64,000 nt of DNA from Deltaproteobacteria bacterium (GCA_033763315.1 JANRKS010000007.1:288001-352000); one strand, 5' to 3'; shown: positions 50,004-60,049, counted from the stretch's first letter. The notes: generated by a model from the sequence alone, not told the origin. Translations and numbers: made by a program.

Positions 50004-50483
50004 CTATGTTTCAGCCTTGGCCGGACCAGAGATGCTGATGGTGCGTGGCTTTTCCTCGGGGCGCTTCGGAATGGTCACGGTGAGCACGCCGTCCTTCATG
50101 AGCGCCGACACTGAATCAGGATTGGTGCCTTCGGGCAGCGCGAATGATCGTGCGAAGCTGCCATAGGAACGCTCCGTAACGTGGTAACGGTCTTTCTCTT
50201 CCGTGGTTTCTTCGTGACGGTGGCCTTCAATGCGCAGCACATTGCCCGTCAATGTGATCTTCACGTCCTCCTGTTTGAGGCCGGGCAGATCCGCCTTTAC
50301 GACGTAGCCTTCCGCGTTTTCTTTCACCTCGACTGACGGCACAAAGGATGCTGCCTTGCGTGCCAAGCCCGCCCCTTCGCGTCCCCAGAACTCTTCCATG
50401 GCGCGGAACGGATCTGCGGCCCACACATTGCCAAACAAAGAAGGAACCGATGGCCAAGCCGTGTTCTTACGTACCAGTGACAT
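50004..50483 (-). CDS. Hsp20/alpha-crystallin small heat-shock protein
   Basis: P.VEV.E....V.ADLPG, ERSYGSF.RSF.LP, A..KDGVLTV.IPK; strong AGGAGG RBS. Confidence 0.95.
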   Translation of the reverse strand: MSLVRKNTAWPSVPSLFGNVWAADPFRAMEEFWGREGAGLARKAASFVPSVEVKENAEGYVVKADLPGLKQEDVKITLTGNVLRIEGHRHEETTEEKDRYHVTERSYGSFARSFALPEGTNPDSVSALMKDGVLTVTIPKRPEEKPRTISISGPAKAET

Positions 50484-50565
50484 GACTGCAACCTCCTCTT
50501 TCGTTGCTCTCGAGGAGAATCAGAATCACGCCAAATACAGCGTCAACACCCCTTGCTTGGGACGT

Positions 50566-51423
50566 TCAACGTGGCGCTGGACGGCCCGGCCGCGGCAACC
50601 CTGGAAGCCCCACCATCGCCGCTGTGCGCTCATAGAATTTGGACGTCGTGAGCGGGTCGCCGGCCAACGGATGGCAGCGCGTTGCCATGCCCTCGACAAA
50701 ATACTTTCCGGTCACCCGGCCGCCTTCCTCTGCGAGCGCCAAATACACGGAGGTGGCGGAGCCTTTCTCAGCGCTGTCGAGGCCCTCGATGCCAAAACCT
50801 TCTTTAAGCAATTTCGTGGACACCACGCCCGGATGCAACGCGTTCGACTTGATGCCGTGTGCGGCGGTGCGGCGGGCCAGCTCAACGCTAAACAAGACGA
50901 GCGCCAATTTAGAGCTGGCATAGGCCAACGAATCGTCCCATTCACGTTCACCCTGCAGGTTGTCCCAATCGAAGCGGCAACGGATGTGCGTGTTGGACGA
51001 AACGTTGATCACGCGCCCGCTCGCGCTGCGCTTTAAGTGGGGCAATAACAAGTGAGACAACGTGAACGGTGCCAAATAGTTCACGGCGTACGTGGCTTCG
51101 AAACCGTCTCGCGTTAGCATGCGCTCGCGCATGAAGACGCCCGCGTTGTTGATGAGTACGTCGAGGCGATCGTATGTGGCCAAGATCTGTTCCGACATGG
51201 CGTGGATTTCCGCCAACGAAGACAGATCAGCCGACGCTTGCCCCACCCAAGGTGTGCCAGCGCTGCGGGCCACGTCTTCAGCGGCGGCGGCGGTACGTTC
51301 AGGCGAACGTCCGTGCACGATGACACGAGCGCCCCGCTCGGCCAGCATGATGGCGGTTTGTTTACCGATACCATCGGTGGCCCCTGTGACCAGAATCAGA
51401 GGACTATCGTCCTGGTTGCTCAC
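50566..51423 (-). CDS. short-chain dehydrogenase/reductase (retinol-DH-like)
   Basis: TGATDGIG, NNAG, VSS, YASSK, HPGVV. Confidence 0.92.
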   Translation of the reverse strand: MSNQDDSPLILVTGATDGIGKQTAIMLAERGARVIVHGRSPERTAAAAEDVARSAGTPWVGQASADLSSLAEIHAMSEQILATYDRLDVLINNAGVFMRERMLTRDGFEATYAVNYLAPFTLSHLLLPHLKRSASGRVINVSSNTHIRCRFDWDNLQGEREWDDSLAYASSKLALVLFSVELARRTAAHGIKSNALHPGVVSTKLLKEGFGIEGLDSAEKGSATSVYLALAEEGGRVTGKYFVEGMATRCHPLAGDPLTTSKFYERTAAMVGLPGLPRPGRPAPR

Positions 51424-51528
51424 GGTGTTCTTTATCGGTGTGGTGCGCAGACGCGCGTGGAAGATGATGGCATTGGCGACAACGCCAAATGTACAGCCGA
51501 CAAGCTTTAGTCGAAAACGTGCCGAGTT

Positions 51529-52446
51529 TCAAACGAAGGTGATCCATTGCGGCCAAGTGAGCCCCGGCCCCCGCACCGCCTCGGTGAACGCGGCGGCCAG
51601 CCGTTGCGTGACGGGCCCGGGCGTGCCCCTGCCTAAGGCAAGTCCATCAATGTGACTTATGGGCGTTACTTCCACCGCCGTGCCGGTGAAAAAAGCCTCG
51701 TCGGCCCCGTAGAGGGCGTCGCGGGTGAAGGTTTGTTCAACCACCTTAAAGCCTAACCCCTGCGCGATCGCGATAGCCGCGTCCCGCGTGATCCCCGCGA
51801 GAATCGGAGACGACAGGGGCGGCGTGTGCAACTCGTCGTTCCACACCGCGAACACATTTTGTGCCGTTCCCTCTGCAACGCAGCCACCGGCGTCCAGCAA
51901 CAAGGCTTCGTCAAAACCAAGCCGCGTGGCCTCCCGCTTGGCCATCACCGAAAGAGCGTATTGCCCGGTGACCTTGGCTTTGGTCATCACGCTGTTGGGG
52001 TGCGCCCGCACAAAGGAGCTGACCTGCACGCGCACACCTTTGCGTTGCGCCTCGGCCCCGAGCGGAGACTGCCAACGCCATGCGAACACAACGGTGGTGG
52101 TGGGGTTGCCTGTGGCGCCGAGGCCCAATGACCCTGCGTCTGTGAACACCAAGGGACGGATGTACGCTTCGTCTAGCTGGTTGTCGCGCAGAACCTCGAG
52201 GCATGCTTGCACAAGTTCATCTTCGGTGTAGGCCACGGGGATGCCGAACACACGCGCCGATTGCAGCAGCCTCCGAATGTGCTCATGCAAACGAAACACA
52301 CCGCTGCGCCCATCTTGCCGGCGGTAGCAACGAATGCCTTCGAATACACCCACGCCATAGTGCAATCCGAAGCTCGTGACGTGAACCTGGCAATCGGCGA
52401 ACGGTTTGAGCTGCCCGTTAACCCAAGCGCTTTTGGCGTTGATCAT
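51529..52446 (-). CDS. ilvE: branched-chain amino acid aminotransferase
   Basis: LHYG.GVFEGIR.Y, YIRP, AKVTGQY, GFDEALLLD, ILAGITR, FFTGTA.EVTP. Confidence 0.93.
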   Translation of the reverse strand: MINAKSAWVNGQLKPFADCQVHVTSFGLHYGVGVFEGIRCYRRQDGRSGVFRLHEHIRRLLQSARVFGIPVAYTEDELVQACLEVLRDNQLDEAYIRPLVFTDAGSLGLGATGNPTTTVVFAWRWQSPLGAEAQRKGVRVQVSSFVRAHPNSVMTKAKVTGQYALSVMAKREATRLGFDEALLLDAGGCVAEGTAQNVFAVWNDELHTPPLSSPILAGITRDAAIAIAQGLGFKVVEQTFTRDALYGADEAFFTGTAVEVTPISHIDGLALGRGTPGPVTQRLAAAFTEAVRGPGLTWPQWITFV

Positions 52447-54401
52447 GAATCTGAAGACAGCCTTCGGATCTCAGCTTGAATGTCTTGAGACTGCGGATCT
52501 AGGCTTTGCGCCGAACGCAAGACGGCGATCGCTTCATCGGCGCTGCCTGTTTCCGCCAACAAGCGCCCGAGCGACACGCGCACCCATGGATCGTCGGGGG
52601 ACAGCGCCACAGCGTGTTCCAGTTCCGCGCGGGCGGTGGCCACAGCCTCGGTGCTGGTGGGCGCGCGGCGGTAGACGGCCCACCCTAAAGCGCTGTGGTA
52701 GCTCGGTTGCCCGGGCACCAACGCGGTGGCTTGACGAAAGGCGGATTCGGCGTCTGCGTAACGGCGCTCACGCAAATGGCCCACGCCTGTGTAATAGACC
52801 TGCTCAGCGGCTGTGGCTGCATCAGCACCGCCGCCGCCATAGCTGCGGGCACGCTCCAGGCGCGCGAGGTAGCTTTTGCGATGTGCAGGATCGGTTAACG
52901 AACGCCGAGCCTCAGTGATACGTGCGAAAATGTTCTCGACAAGCTCGCGCACGGCTTCGGAGCGACCGCGGAAACTGTCGGGGTGAAATGGTCGGGCACG
53001 CCGCTCGTAGGCGGCCTCGATCGCGTCGTTGTCGTCGGTGGCGGTGACGCCCAAGATCTCGAAGTGCGTTTGGCTGCGCATGCTTTCCGCCAAGGCGGCC
53101 AATTCCGATCGCGATTTGCGCTGCGGCAATGAAGGCTCCGCGCCAGGCGCGCGCAGGGGGGCGTGCGTGACGGCGGGTGCGTCTTGAGCGTCAACCAGAC
53201 CTGCTTCAAGCATGGCAACGACCAAGGCGCGCGCACGCTCTCGCGGCACGGGAGGCAGATTCAGGATTTCTTCGAGGGTGGCCGAGCCATCCGCACGCGC
53301 GATGAGTTGCCGATCGGCGGGTTCCGCGCTGAGCTCTTGCAAGCGCAAACGTGGATCTGACGTGGGCACCAAGTATTTTCCAGCAAACATCGCCAACAAA
53401 TAATCGCGACGCTCTTCACTGTAGCGACGACGCACGCCATCGAAAATCAGCACGGCTGTGGGGCGATGCAAACCTGTGGGCACGCCCTCGGCCTTCCAAC
53501 CATCTTTAAAAACAAAGTTGCCCGACTCCCAGCTGAACAGGTCCAACAACTTGGCTTCCGTTTGTTCTTGCAAGGCCTCATCGAGGCCATGCGGAGAGAG
53601 CACACCCATCGACACCAGGATCTCGCCTTGCTGTCGCTTCTCGCGCTTCATGCGCTCGAGTGACTTCTTCAGCGCGGGAGGTGTGATGCGCTTGCGCGCC
53701 AGGAGAATTTGCCCCAGGCATTCCGACAAAGCGTTTGAACGCACGCCCACGGGGTAACCCTTCTCAACGTAAACGATCTTTTTCGTGGCCTCGCGCACCA
53801 CCAGCAACGCGCCCGTGCGTTGTTCAACGAACAGCTGGCGCAAAACGCTGGCGAATGACCGCCGCCCCAGTGTGCCCACGAGCTCGCCCAGCGGCTTCGG
53901 TTCACCCAACGAATCGACGGCCGCAGACATTTGCGGCGCTTGAATCTCCACCTCTTCGCGCTCGCGCAGTTGCTGCTCATCGAGAGGCGGCGGCGTGAAG
54001 CTGGGCGTCTCGGCGTGGGTCTCAACGCTTGGCGGAACCGAACGCAACACGCCGGCCAGCAAGGAATTCACATCAAGCGGCCCCTCGAAATATTCGGCCG
54101 GGGCAAAACGCCGTTTGGCTTCGGCGGCGTGCGCGGCGCCGCGCTGATGGCCCGCCAAAAAAAAGATCGGCACCGCGGCCGCTTCGGGATCGCGCCGTAG
54201 ATCGGCGGCCACCTTGAAGCCGGTGCCATCGGACAGCCGCGTGCTGACCACGAGCCCGTCTGGCGCGCGCACCAGCAAGCTGCGTTTGGCCCACGCGGCC
54301 TCGCGCTCGGTTGAAAGTTCATAGTGCGCCTCGCGCAGCGTCTCGGCGATTTGCCGCTGCAGCTCGGGGTCGCTCTCCACAACCAAAAGGTAGGGCGCCA
54401 T
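52443..54401 (-). CDS. pseudo-receiver + DUF4388 + J-domain + TPR protein
   Basis: LLVVESD..PDGLVVSTRL (no Asp); DUF4388-like TGALLV....KIVYV..G.P..LGQIL..LFSW.SG.F; HFEILGV...FHPD; C-terminal TPRs. Confidence 0.8.
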   Translation of the reverse strand: MAPYLLVVESDPELQRQIAETLREAHYELSTEREAAWAKRSLLVRAPDGLVVSTRLSDGTGFKVAADLRRDPEAAAVPIFFLAGHQRGAAHAAEAKRRFAPAEYFEGPLDVNSLLAGVLRSVPPSVETHAETPSFTPPPLDEQQLREREEVEIQAPQMSAAVDSLGEPKPLGELVGTLGRRSFASVLRQLFVEQRTGALLVVREATKKIVYVEKGYPVGVRSNALSECLGQILLARKRITPPALKKSLERMKREKRQQGEILVSMGVLSPHGLDEALQEQTEAKLLDLFSWESGNFVFKDGWKAEGVPTGLHRPTAVLIFDGVRRRYSEERRDYLLAMFAGKYLVPTSDPRLRLQELSAEPADRQLIARADGSATLEEILNLPPVPRERARALVVAMLEAGLVDAQDAPAVTHAPLRAPGAEPSLPQRKSRSELAALAESMRSQTHFEILGVTATDDNDAIEAAYERRARPFHPDSFRGRSEAVRELVENIFARITEARRSLTDPAHRKSYLARLERARSYGGGGADAATAAEQVYYTGVGHLRERRYADAESAFRQATALVPGQPSYHSALGWAVYRRAPTSTEAVATARAELEHAVALSPDDPWVRVSLGRLLAETGSADEAIAVLRSAQSLDPQSQDIQAEIRRLSSDS

Positions 54402-54542
54402 GGGGACTTCGTTATACCGCAAGAAAGCCAATTCCTTGCGGTTGCCGTTTTTGCCACCGTCAGAGGCAGCGCAACCAAGCGCCCAACTGGTAAGCTGCCG
54501 CCCGTTTATCCCTATCTGACCGCCGCCCCACGCACACAACGC

Positions 54543-55988
54543 ATGAAGCCAAAACAGCCGCTCGCCTGTCTCGTTCTCGCCGCCGGAAAAGGCACCCGGA
54601 TGCGATCCTCCAAATCGAAAGTGCTACACGAAATTGCTGGCGCGCCTCTGGTGGCGTACCCCATCGTCGCGGCACAAAGCCTGGGGGCGGCCCCTGTGGT
54701 TGCGGTCCTCGGCCATCAGATTGCGCAGGTGTCGCAGGTTTTGCAGGGGCGTTTTGGCGCCGGCGCGATCACCGTTGTGGAACAGGCCGAACAAAAAGGC
54801 ACGGGGCACGCGGTGGCCCTGGGTTTGGCGGCGCTGGCTTCGTTCGATGGGCTGGTGCTGATTCTTTACGGCGATGTGCCGCTGCTGACCGCCGCCAAGC
54901 TGCAAGCCATGGTGCTGCAGGCTGAGGCCACGCGTGGCTTGGTGATGCTGACCGCCAAAGTGGCCGATCCCTCGGGCTACGGCCGCATCGTTCGCGACGC
55001 CGCCGCGAAAGTGACGTCCATCATTGAAGATCGCGACGCGAACGCCGAACAAAAGCAGATCAACGAAGTCAACGCGGGCATCTACGCTGCGCCCGCCGCG
55101 TTCTTGCGCCAAGCCACGGCAGCGCTGGTGCCACAAAACGCGCAAGGGGAGCTTTATCTAACAGACATCGTTCCACAGGCCGCCGCCACCATTGGTGTGA
55201 CCACAGTCGATGTCTCGGCCGAAGAGATGGGCGGCATCAATGATCGCGCCCAACTGGTGCAAGCTGAAGCGGTGATGCGGGCGCGCTTGACGGCGCATTG
55301 GCTCGGCCACGCCACCATTCGCTCGCCCCAGACGGTGAGCATCGACGCCGACGTTGTGATTGAACCCGACGCTGAGATCGAAGCCGGTGTTTCATTGCGG
55401 GGCAAGACCCATATTGGCGCAGGCGCGCGTATCGGCCAGGGCAGCGTCTTGGTCGACACCATCGTTGGCGCGGGCACCGAGATCTTGCCTTACAGCGTGT
55501 CCACGAAGACCCGCATCGGCACCAACTGCCGCATCGGCCCGTTTGCGCATTTGCGACCCGACAGCGAACTCGGCAACGACGTTCACGTGGGCAACTTCGT
55601 TGAGACGAAGAAAACCAAAATCGGCCGCGGCAGCAAAGCGAACCACTTAAGCTATCTGGGCGACACCATCATTGGTGAACGTGTGAACGTGGGCGCCGGC
55701 ACCATCACGTGCAACTACAACGGCTTTGAGAAGCAGCAAACCATCATCGAAGACGGCGCTTTCATCGGGTCTGACACGCAACTGGTGGCACCCGTGCGCG
55801 TGGGTCAAAACGCAATCGTCGCTGCGGGCGCCACAATCACGCAAGAGGTGCCGGCTGGCGCCTTGGCGATCACGCGGGTGGCGCAAACACACCTTGCTGG
55901 TTACAGCGCGCGCTTGGCCGCGCGCTACGCGGATCGAGCAAAAACGGCCGCAGAGAAAGGCAAGCCGCGCGCGCCTGACACGGAATAG
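54543..55988 (+). CDS. glmU: bifunctional UDP-GlcNAc pyrophosphorylase/glucosamine-1-P acetyltransferase
   Basis: LAAGKGTRM.S..KVLH, GTGHAV, YGDVP, GYGRI, GPFAHLRP, HLSYLGD, GTITCNY. Confidence 0.97.
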   Translation: MKPKQPLACLVLAAGKGTRMRSSKSKVLHEIAGAPLVAYPIVAAQSLGAAPVVAVLGHQIAQVSQVLQGRFGAGAITVVEQAEQKGTGHAVALGLAALASFDGLVLILYGDVPLLTAAKLQAMVLQAEATRGLVMLTAKVADPSGYGRIVRDAAAKVTSIIEDRDANAEQKQINEVNAGIYAAPAAFLRQATAALVPQNAQGELYLTDIVPQAAATIGVTTVDVSAEEMGGINDRAQLVQAEAVMRARLTAHWLGHATIRSPQTVSIDADVVIEPDAEIEAGVSLRGKTHIGAGARIGQGSVLVDTIVGAGTEILPYSVSTKTRIGTNCRIGPFAHLRPDSELGNDVHVGNFVETKKTKIGRGSKANHLSYLGDTIIGERVNVGAGTITCNYNGFEKQQTIIEDGAFIGSDTQLVAPVRVGQNAIVAAGATITQEVPAGALAITRVAQTHLAGYSARLAARYADRAKTAAEKGKPRAPDTE

Positions 55989-55993
55989 CGCAT

Positions 55994-56022
55994 TTGACAC
56001 ACCGCCTCCGGGGGGGAATAGT
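55994..56022 (+). promoter_or_regulatory. sigma70-like promoter for the SCP2 gene
   Basis: TTGACA, 17 nt, AATAGT; GGAGG RBS before ATG 56048. Confidence 0.45.
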
Positions 56023-56047
56023 TAAAAGAACACTTTTGGAGGTCCAG

Positions 56048-56395
56048 ATGCCTACGTCCGTGAAGGAATTCTTTGATGTGAAGGTGCCGAGCGTTTTGGC
56101 CAAAAGCCCCGCCAGCGCCAAAGAGGTGGCGGCGGTTTACGTTTTCAAAATCACGGGCGCCGACGGTGGCACTTGGACCGCAGACTTGGTGGCATCGCCG
56201 CCCACGTGCGTGCCAGGCGCGGGCGCGAATGCACAATGCACGATCGAGGCATCCGACGATGATTTTCGATCGATGATCGACGGCGGTATGAGCGCGGCCA
56301 TGCAGTTGTTCTTCAGCGGCAAACTCAAGATTGAAGGCGATCCCACGTTGGCCACAAAGCTGTCGAAGCTGCTTGAGATCGGCTCGCGCGGCTAG
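56048..56395 (+). CDS. SCP2 sterol/lipid-binding domain protein
   Basis: F.ITG..GG.W, CTI.....DF..M..G...AMQLFFSGKLKI.GD..LA.KL. Confidence 0.88.
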   Translation: MPTSVKEFFDVKVPSVLAKSPASAKEVAAVYVFKITGADGGTWTADLVASPPTCVPGAGANAQCTIEASDDDFRSMIDGGMSAAMQLFFSGKLKIEGDPTLATKLSKLLEIGSRG

Positions 56396-56402
56396 CCCCG
56401 AT

Positions 56403-56867
56403 TTATTTCGCTTTCGACAACCGAAAAACCCCATACACCTCGTCGGGTCCGCGCACCAAGCGCGCCTCGACGTGGTCGGGAGGGAACAGCGACACCACCA
56501 CCAAGATGGCTTCTTGGCCAGCGGGGCGCACGTAGCCAAGGTAATTGCGCAGCGGATCGCCCGGCAACGACATTGAACCGAGGGCGTCGGATGAAGCGCG
56601 GCGCACAGACTCGAAGCGCAGAGCACTTGTTTGATTGGGCAAACGCAAGGTCATATCCAACGAGCCGTCGCCAAGAGCGGTGATGTTCATGGCCAAGTGG
56701 TCGTTGGCCACAAAGCCCTGTCGCAGGTTCGGGTCGGCCGACACCTTCCCCTCCCAGTTGCCTTCGAAGCTTGAAAGGCTATCGCAGCTGCCACACGCGA
56801 GGGTCGCGCACAACAGCCACAGACGCTGAGGGAAGCAGAGCCGCTGGGCGACGTGCCAAAGACGCAT
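56403..56867 (-). CDS. hypothetical exported protein, probable lipoprotein
   Basis: Hydrophobic N-terminus with Cys (LACGSC), beta-rich body. Confidence 0.6.
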   Translation of the reverse strand: MRLWHVAQRLCFPQRLWLLCATLACGSCDSLSSFEGNWEGKVSADPNLRQGFVANDHLAMNITALGDGSLDMTLRLPNQTSALRFESVRRASSDALGSMSLPGDPLRNYLGYVRPAGQEAILVVVSLFPPDHVEARLVRGPDEVYGVFRLSKAK

Positions 56868-56933
56868 TTATGGCCACGGTAGCACAGCGGCAGGGACGGT
56901 GTTGGGCAGCGAGCTGCTATAACGGGGCCCCTC

Positions 56934-58751
56934 GTGATGTTGCCCGCTTTCCTGTTTGTGCTGGCACTGGCCCTGCGGGTGACGTGGATCCTGGCGGTGC
57001 CCTCCAAGCCTGTGGGCGATTTCGCCATGTATTTGGAGGCGGCCACGCACTGGCTTGAACACGGGCGCTTCGACGCGCAGTTCATCTACATGCCGGGATA
57101 CGTATTGCTGGCAGCGGCGGTGCAGCGGCTGGGAGGGGCTTGGTTGGCCACAAAGCTGCTTGTGGCCGTGATGGCGGCCGCGGGGGCGCCGATGCTCTAC
57201 GGCATCACCTGGCGGCTGTGGGGCAGCGCCACAGACAAACGCAGCGCCGCCTGGGCCGGCGTGCTCTACGCGATGTGGCCGGGCGGCGTCGCCGTTTCGA
57301 GCGTCACCGGCACCGACATTCCTGCCGCCATGCTGGTGCTGGCAGGCGCTTATGCGCTCGTGCGCAGCGAACCGTCGCGACCGCATCCCGGTGCCGCGCT
57401 GGCAGGCATGTTCTTTGGTTTATCCGCTTGGGTGCGTGCCGTTGCCCTGCCCTTGGTGCCCCTGGCTGCTCCATTTTTGTGGGTGCGCACGCGCAACGTC
57501 AAGCGCGCGGCGCTGGCCACGTTGTTTGCCACGCTGGCAGCCGCTTTCATTTTGGCACCGTGGGTCGTGCGCAACCGCCTTCGCTACGGCGAATGGTTTC
57601 TCAGCGACAGTCATGGTGGTTTGACGGCGCTGGTGGGTGCTTATCCAAATGCCGACGGTCAATTCACGCGCGCGCTCAACCGCACGTACGAAATCGTGAA
57701 CGCACGGCCGTGGTTGTCTGAGCCTCACCGCGCGGCTGACAAAGGCGCCTACGCAGAAGCCAAACGATGGACACGCTTCGAACCGGCGTTCGCCCTGGGG
57801 CTCGGCCTGGCTCGCGTTGACAAGCTGCTGTCGAACGAACGCAGCTTGCTCTATTGGCCGCTTTACCGCGCGGGCGTTCTGAAGAACCCTCCCTCGGGCT
57901 TCTTCGATAAATGGCGGCCAGAAATCGAATGGGCAACAGACCTAGTGTGGTGGCTGGTGCTTTGGGGGTGTTTGTTCTCCGTCCCGTGGGCCGTTTGCAC
58001 ACGTCGCTGGCAGGCCTTGGCTTTTGTGCCGATGCAAGCGGCGTTGGTGGGCGTTTACGTTTTGTATTTCGCGGAAAGCCGTTACCACCTCGCGATTGCC
58101 GCGCTGGCGTTTCCTGGCGCCGCCGCGTCGGTGGTGGCGGTTATGGACGCGGTCCGCGGGGCACGAAAAAAAACGGCTCTGACAAACGTGTACGAGCCCT
58201 TGGTCGCCAGCGGCGCGTTTGTTTGCGCCATCGCCGTGCTGTGGCTGGCGCTGTCTCACACGAGCGCGGCGCTCATCGAACAACATCGATGGGCTGTGCA
58301 CGCGTGTCACATTGAAGGGCGGCCGCAGTTCTGTTTGTGGAAGCGTGCCAACGACGAGGGAGCCTCGCCCGTCAAAGGCGTGTTCGATGGCGTGGGCCTT
58401 GTGCCCTCACAACCCAGCGCCGTGGCCGTGATGGACATTGATTTGCAGCCCGCGCGCCACCTTATCTCCGGCCGCCTGCAATTGCATTGGTCCGGCGCGC
58501 GGCCGGCCGCGGCCCCCACGGGGAAGGCAGGCCTGCGGATCAATAGCCAGCAGGTGTTGGAAATTCCCTTGTCCACGCTGTGGGCGCAAAGCGGATGGGT
58601 GTTCAATGAACCCTTTGTGGCCACGCACGGGCGCAACGTGGTCGAGCTTTCGATCGAAGGCGTGGGGACGACTGGCGCTGCCTCACGCCCGCGGCTGTGG
58701 CTCCTGGATCTATCACTGCCATCCGATCCGCGTGCGGTTCCGGGGTCTTAA
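56934..58751 (+). CDS. GT-C (GT39/ArnT-like) membrane glycosyltransferase
   Basis: LRV....P..D...Y, PGY, many TM segments, PWVVRN...G, SRYH. Confidence 0.75.
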   Translation: MMLPAFLFVLALALRVTWILAVPSKPVGDFAMYLEAATHWLEHGRFDAQFIYMPGYVLLAAAVQRLGGAWLATKLLVAVMAAAGAPMLYGITWRLWGSATDKRSAAWAGVLYAMWPGGVAVSSVTGTDIPAAMLVLAGAYALVRSEPSRPHPGAALAGMFFGLSAWVRAVALPLVPLAAPFLWVRTRNVKRAALATLFATLAAAFILAPWVVRNRLRYGEWFLSDSHGGLTALVGAYPNADGQFTRALNRTYEIVNARPWLSEPHRAADKGAYAEAKRWTRFEPAFALGLGLARVDKLLSNERSLLYWPLYRAGVLKNPPSGFFDKWRPEIEWATDLVWWLVLWGCLFSVPWAVCTRRWQALAFVPMQAALVGVYVLYFAESRYHLAIAALAFPGAAASVVAVMDAVRGARKKTALTNVYEPLVASGAFVCAIAVLWLALSHTSAALIEQHRWAVHACHIEGRPQFCLWKRANDEGASPVKGVFDGVGLVPSQPSAVAVMDIDLQPARHLISGRLQLHWSGARPAAAPTGKAGLRINSQQVLEIPLSTLWAQSGWVFNEPFVATHGRNVVELSIEGVGTTGAASRPRLWLLDLSLPSDPRAVPGS

Positions 58752-58784
58752 GGACAGCCGACCAACCGCCGATCTAGGGACGTT

Positions 58785-60026
58785 GTGAGCACCGCCGCCG
58801 TTGGCAAACCAATGATCTTGTGCGTGAGCGCTGAGACCAAAGCGCTCATGCTATCGGCGTCGGTGTTAAAACAAGGCGCCAATGTAGACGTGGCGATGAG
58901 CCACGCGGACGCGTTTGCACGAATCGATAAAGCCACACCAAGCGTGGTGCTGGTCATTGGCACCTTGGCCAGCGCGGCTTTCGTAGCCGAGGTGCACCAG
59001 AAGGTCCCTGGGGTTCAGCTTGTGTTGCAGGCACCCAGCGAGTCTGGCCTTGATAGCAACCCGGCAGTATTTGCCGTGCTCGACCCGGGAACGCCGCCAG
59101 CTGATATGGCAACGTTGGTGTTTCAGGCGCTGGGCTCCTCGGGCGTGGTGGCGCCGCCCCCCTCGTCTCCGCAAGTTCCCGCGGTGATGGCGACCGCACC
59201 TTCTCCTCTCGCAGCCGCCGGTGCGAGCACGGGCCCCACACCGACGCCCGCGCGCGGCACCACCTTGCAAATCGACATCGGCGTCGCCGCCGTGGCGAGT
59301 GCCTGGGCCTTGTTGCGAACCATCAAACACGTCGATTGCAACGGTGCCGTCCGCAGCATGAAACACGCACGGCACGTCTTGGAGATCTTGCGCTTGTGCA
59401 AGGTTGATGTGGTGTGGCCCGGTGAAGTGGCCGCTTTGGTGGCTGACATCGGGCGCGTGGCGTTGGCGCCGGCCATTCGTGAGAAGATCGATCGCGGTCA
59501 AAGCTTAGGCCCGCATGAGAAAATGGCGATCAAAGGGACACACGCCGTGATGACGGACATTGTGAAGCGCTTGCCGGGCGGCGATCAGGTGTTGGTGGTC
59601 ATCGAGCAAAGCAGTTTTCGCTTTGACGGTACCGGCGCGCCTGTGAGCCACACAGGCGAGCGCATCGCCGCGGGTGCACGCGCCTTGAAGCTGGCGGTCG
59701 AATACGAGCGGCTCAGCGCTCAAGCGATGCGACACGAGGAGATCATGGCGCAGCTTCGCTCGGACGAAGGCCGCTACGATCCGCGCATGCTGGGCGCTGT
59801 GGACGAAATTGAAACGCCACCCGCTCCAGAAGGCATGGGCGAACACAGCGTAAAGTGCGTCGATTTGAAGGCAGGCATGATCGTCGAAGAGCCGCTGCTT
59901 GCGGTGGATGGCAGCGTGGTGGTGTCCGAGGGCACGGTGCTTTCGGAGTCCGACATCGGCAAGATCCTGACGTTGGCCAAAGCGCGACGGGTGCGCGAAT
60001 CGATGCTTGTGCGCATGAGCACCTAA
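58785..60026 (+). CDS. degenerate receiver plus degenerate HD-GYP protein
   Basis: AALVADIG (HD changed to AD), FRFDGTGAP (GYP changed to GAP), GERI..GAR.L..A..Y, GRYDP. Confidence 0.7.
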   Translation: MSTAAVGKPMILCVSAETKALMLSASVLKQGANVDVAMSHADAFARIDKATPSVVLVIGTLASAAFVAEVHQKVPGVQLVLQAPSESGLDSNPAVFAVLDPGTPPADMATLVFQALGSSGVVAPPPSSPQVPAVMATAPSPLAAAGASTGPTPTPARGTTLQIDIGVAAVASAWALLRTIKHVDCNGAVRSMKHARHVLEILRLCKVDVVWPGEVAALVADIGRVALAPAIREKIDRGQSLGPHEKMAIKGTHAVMTDIVKRLPGGDQVLVVIEQSSFRFDGTGAPVSHTGERIAAGARALKLAVEYERLSAQAMRHEEIMAQLRSDEGRYDPRMLGAVDEIETPPAPEGMGEHSVKCVDLKAGMIVEEPLLAVDGSVVVSEGTVLSESDIGKILTLAKARRVRESMLVRMST

Positions 60027-60049
60027 GCGCAACGTGCTAGATCCGCGGC

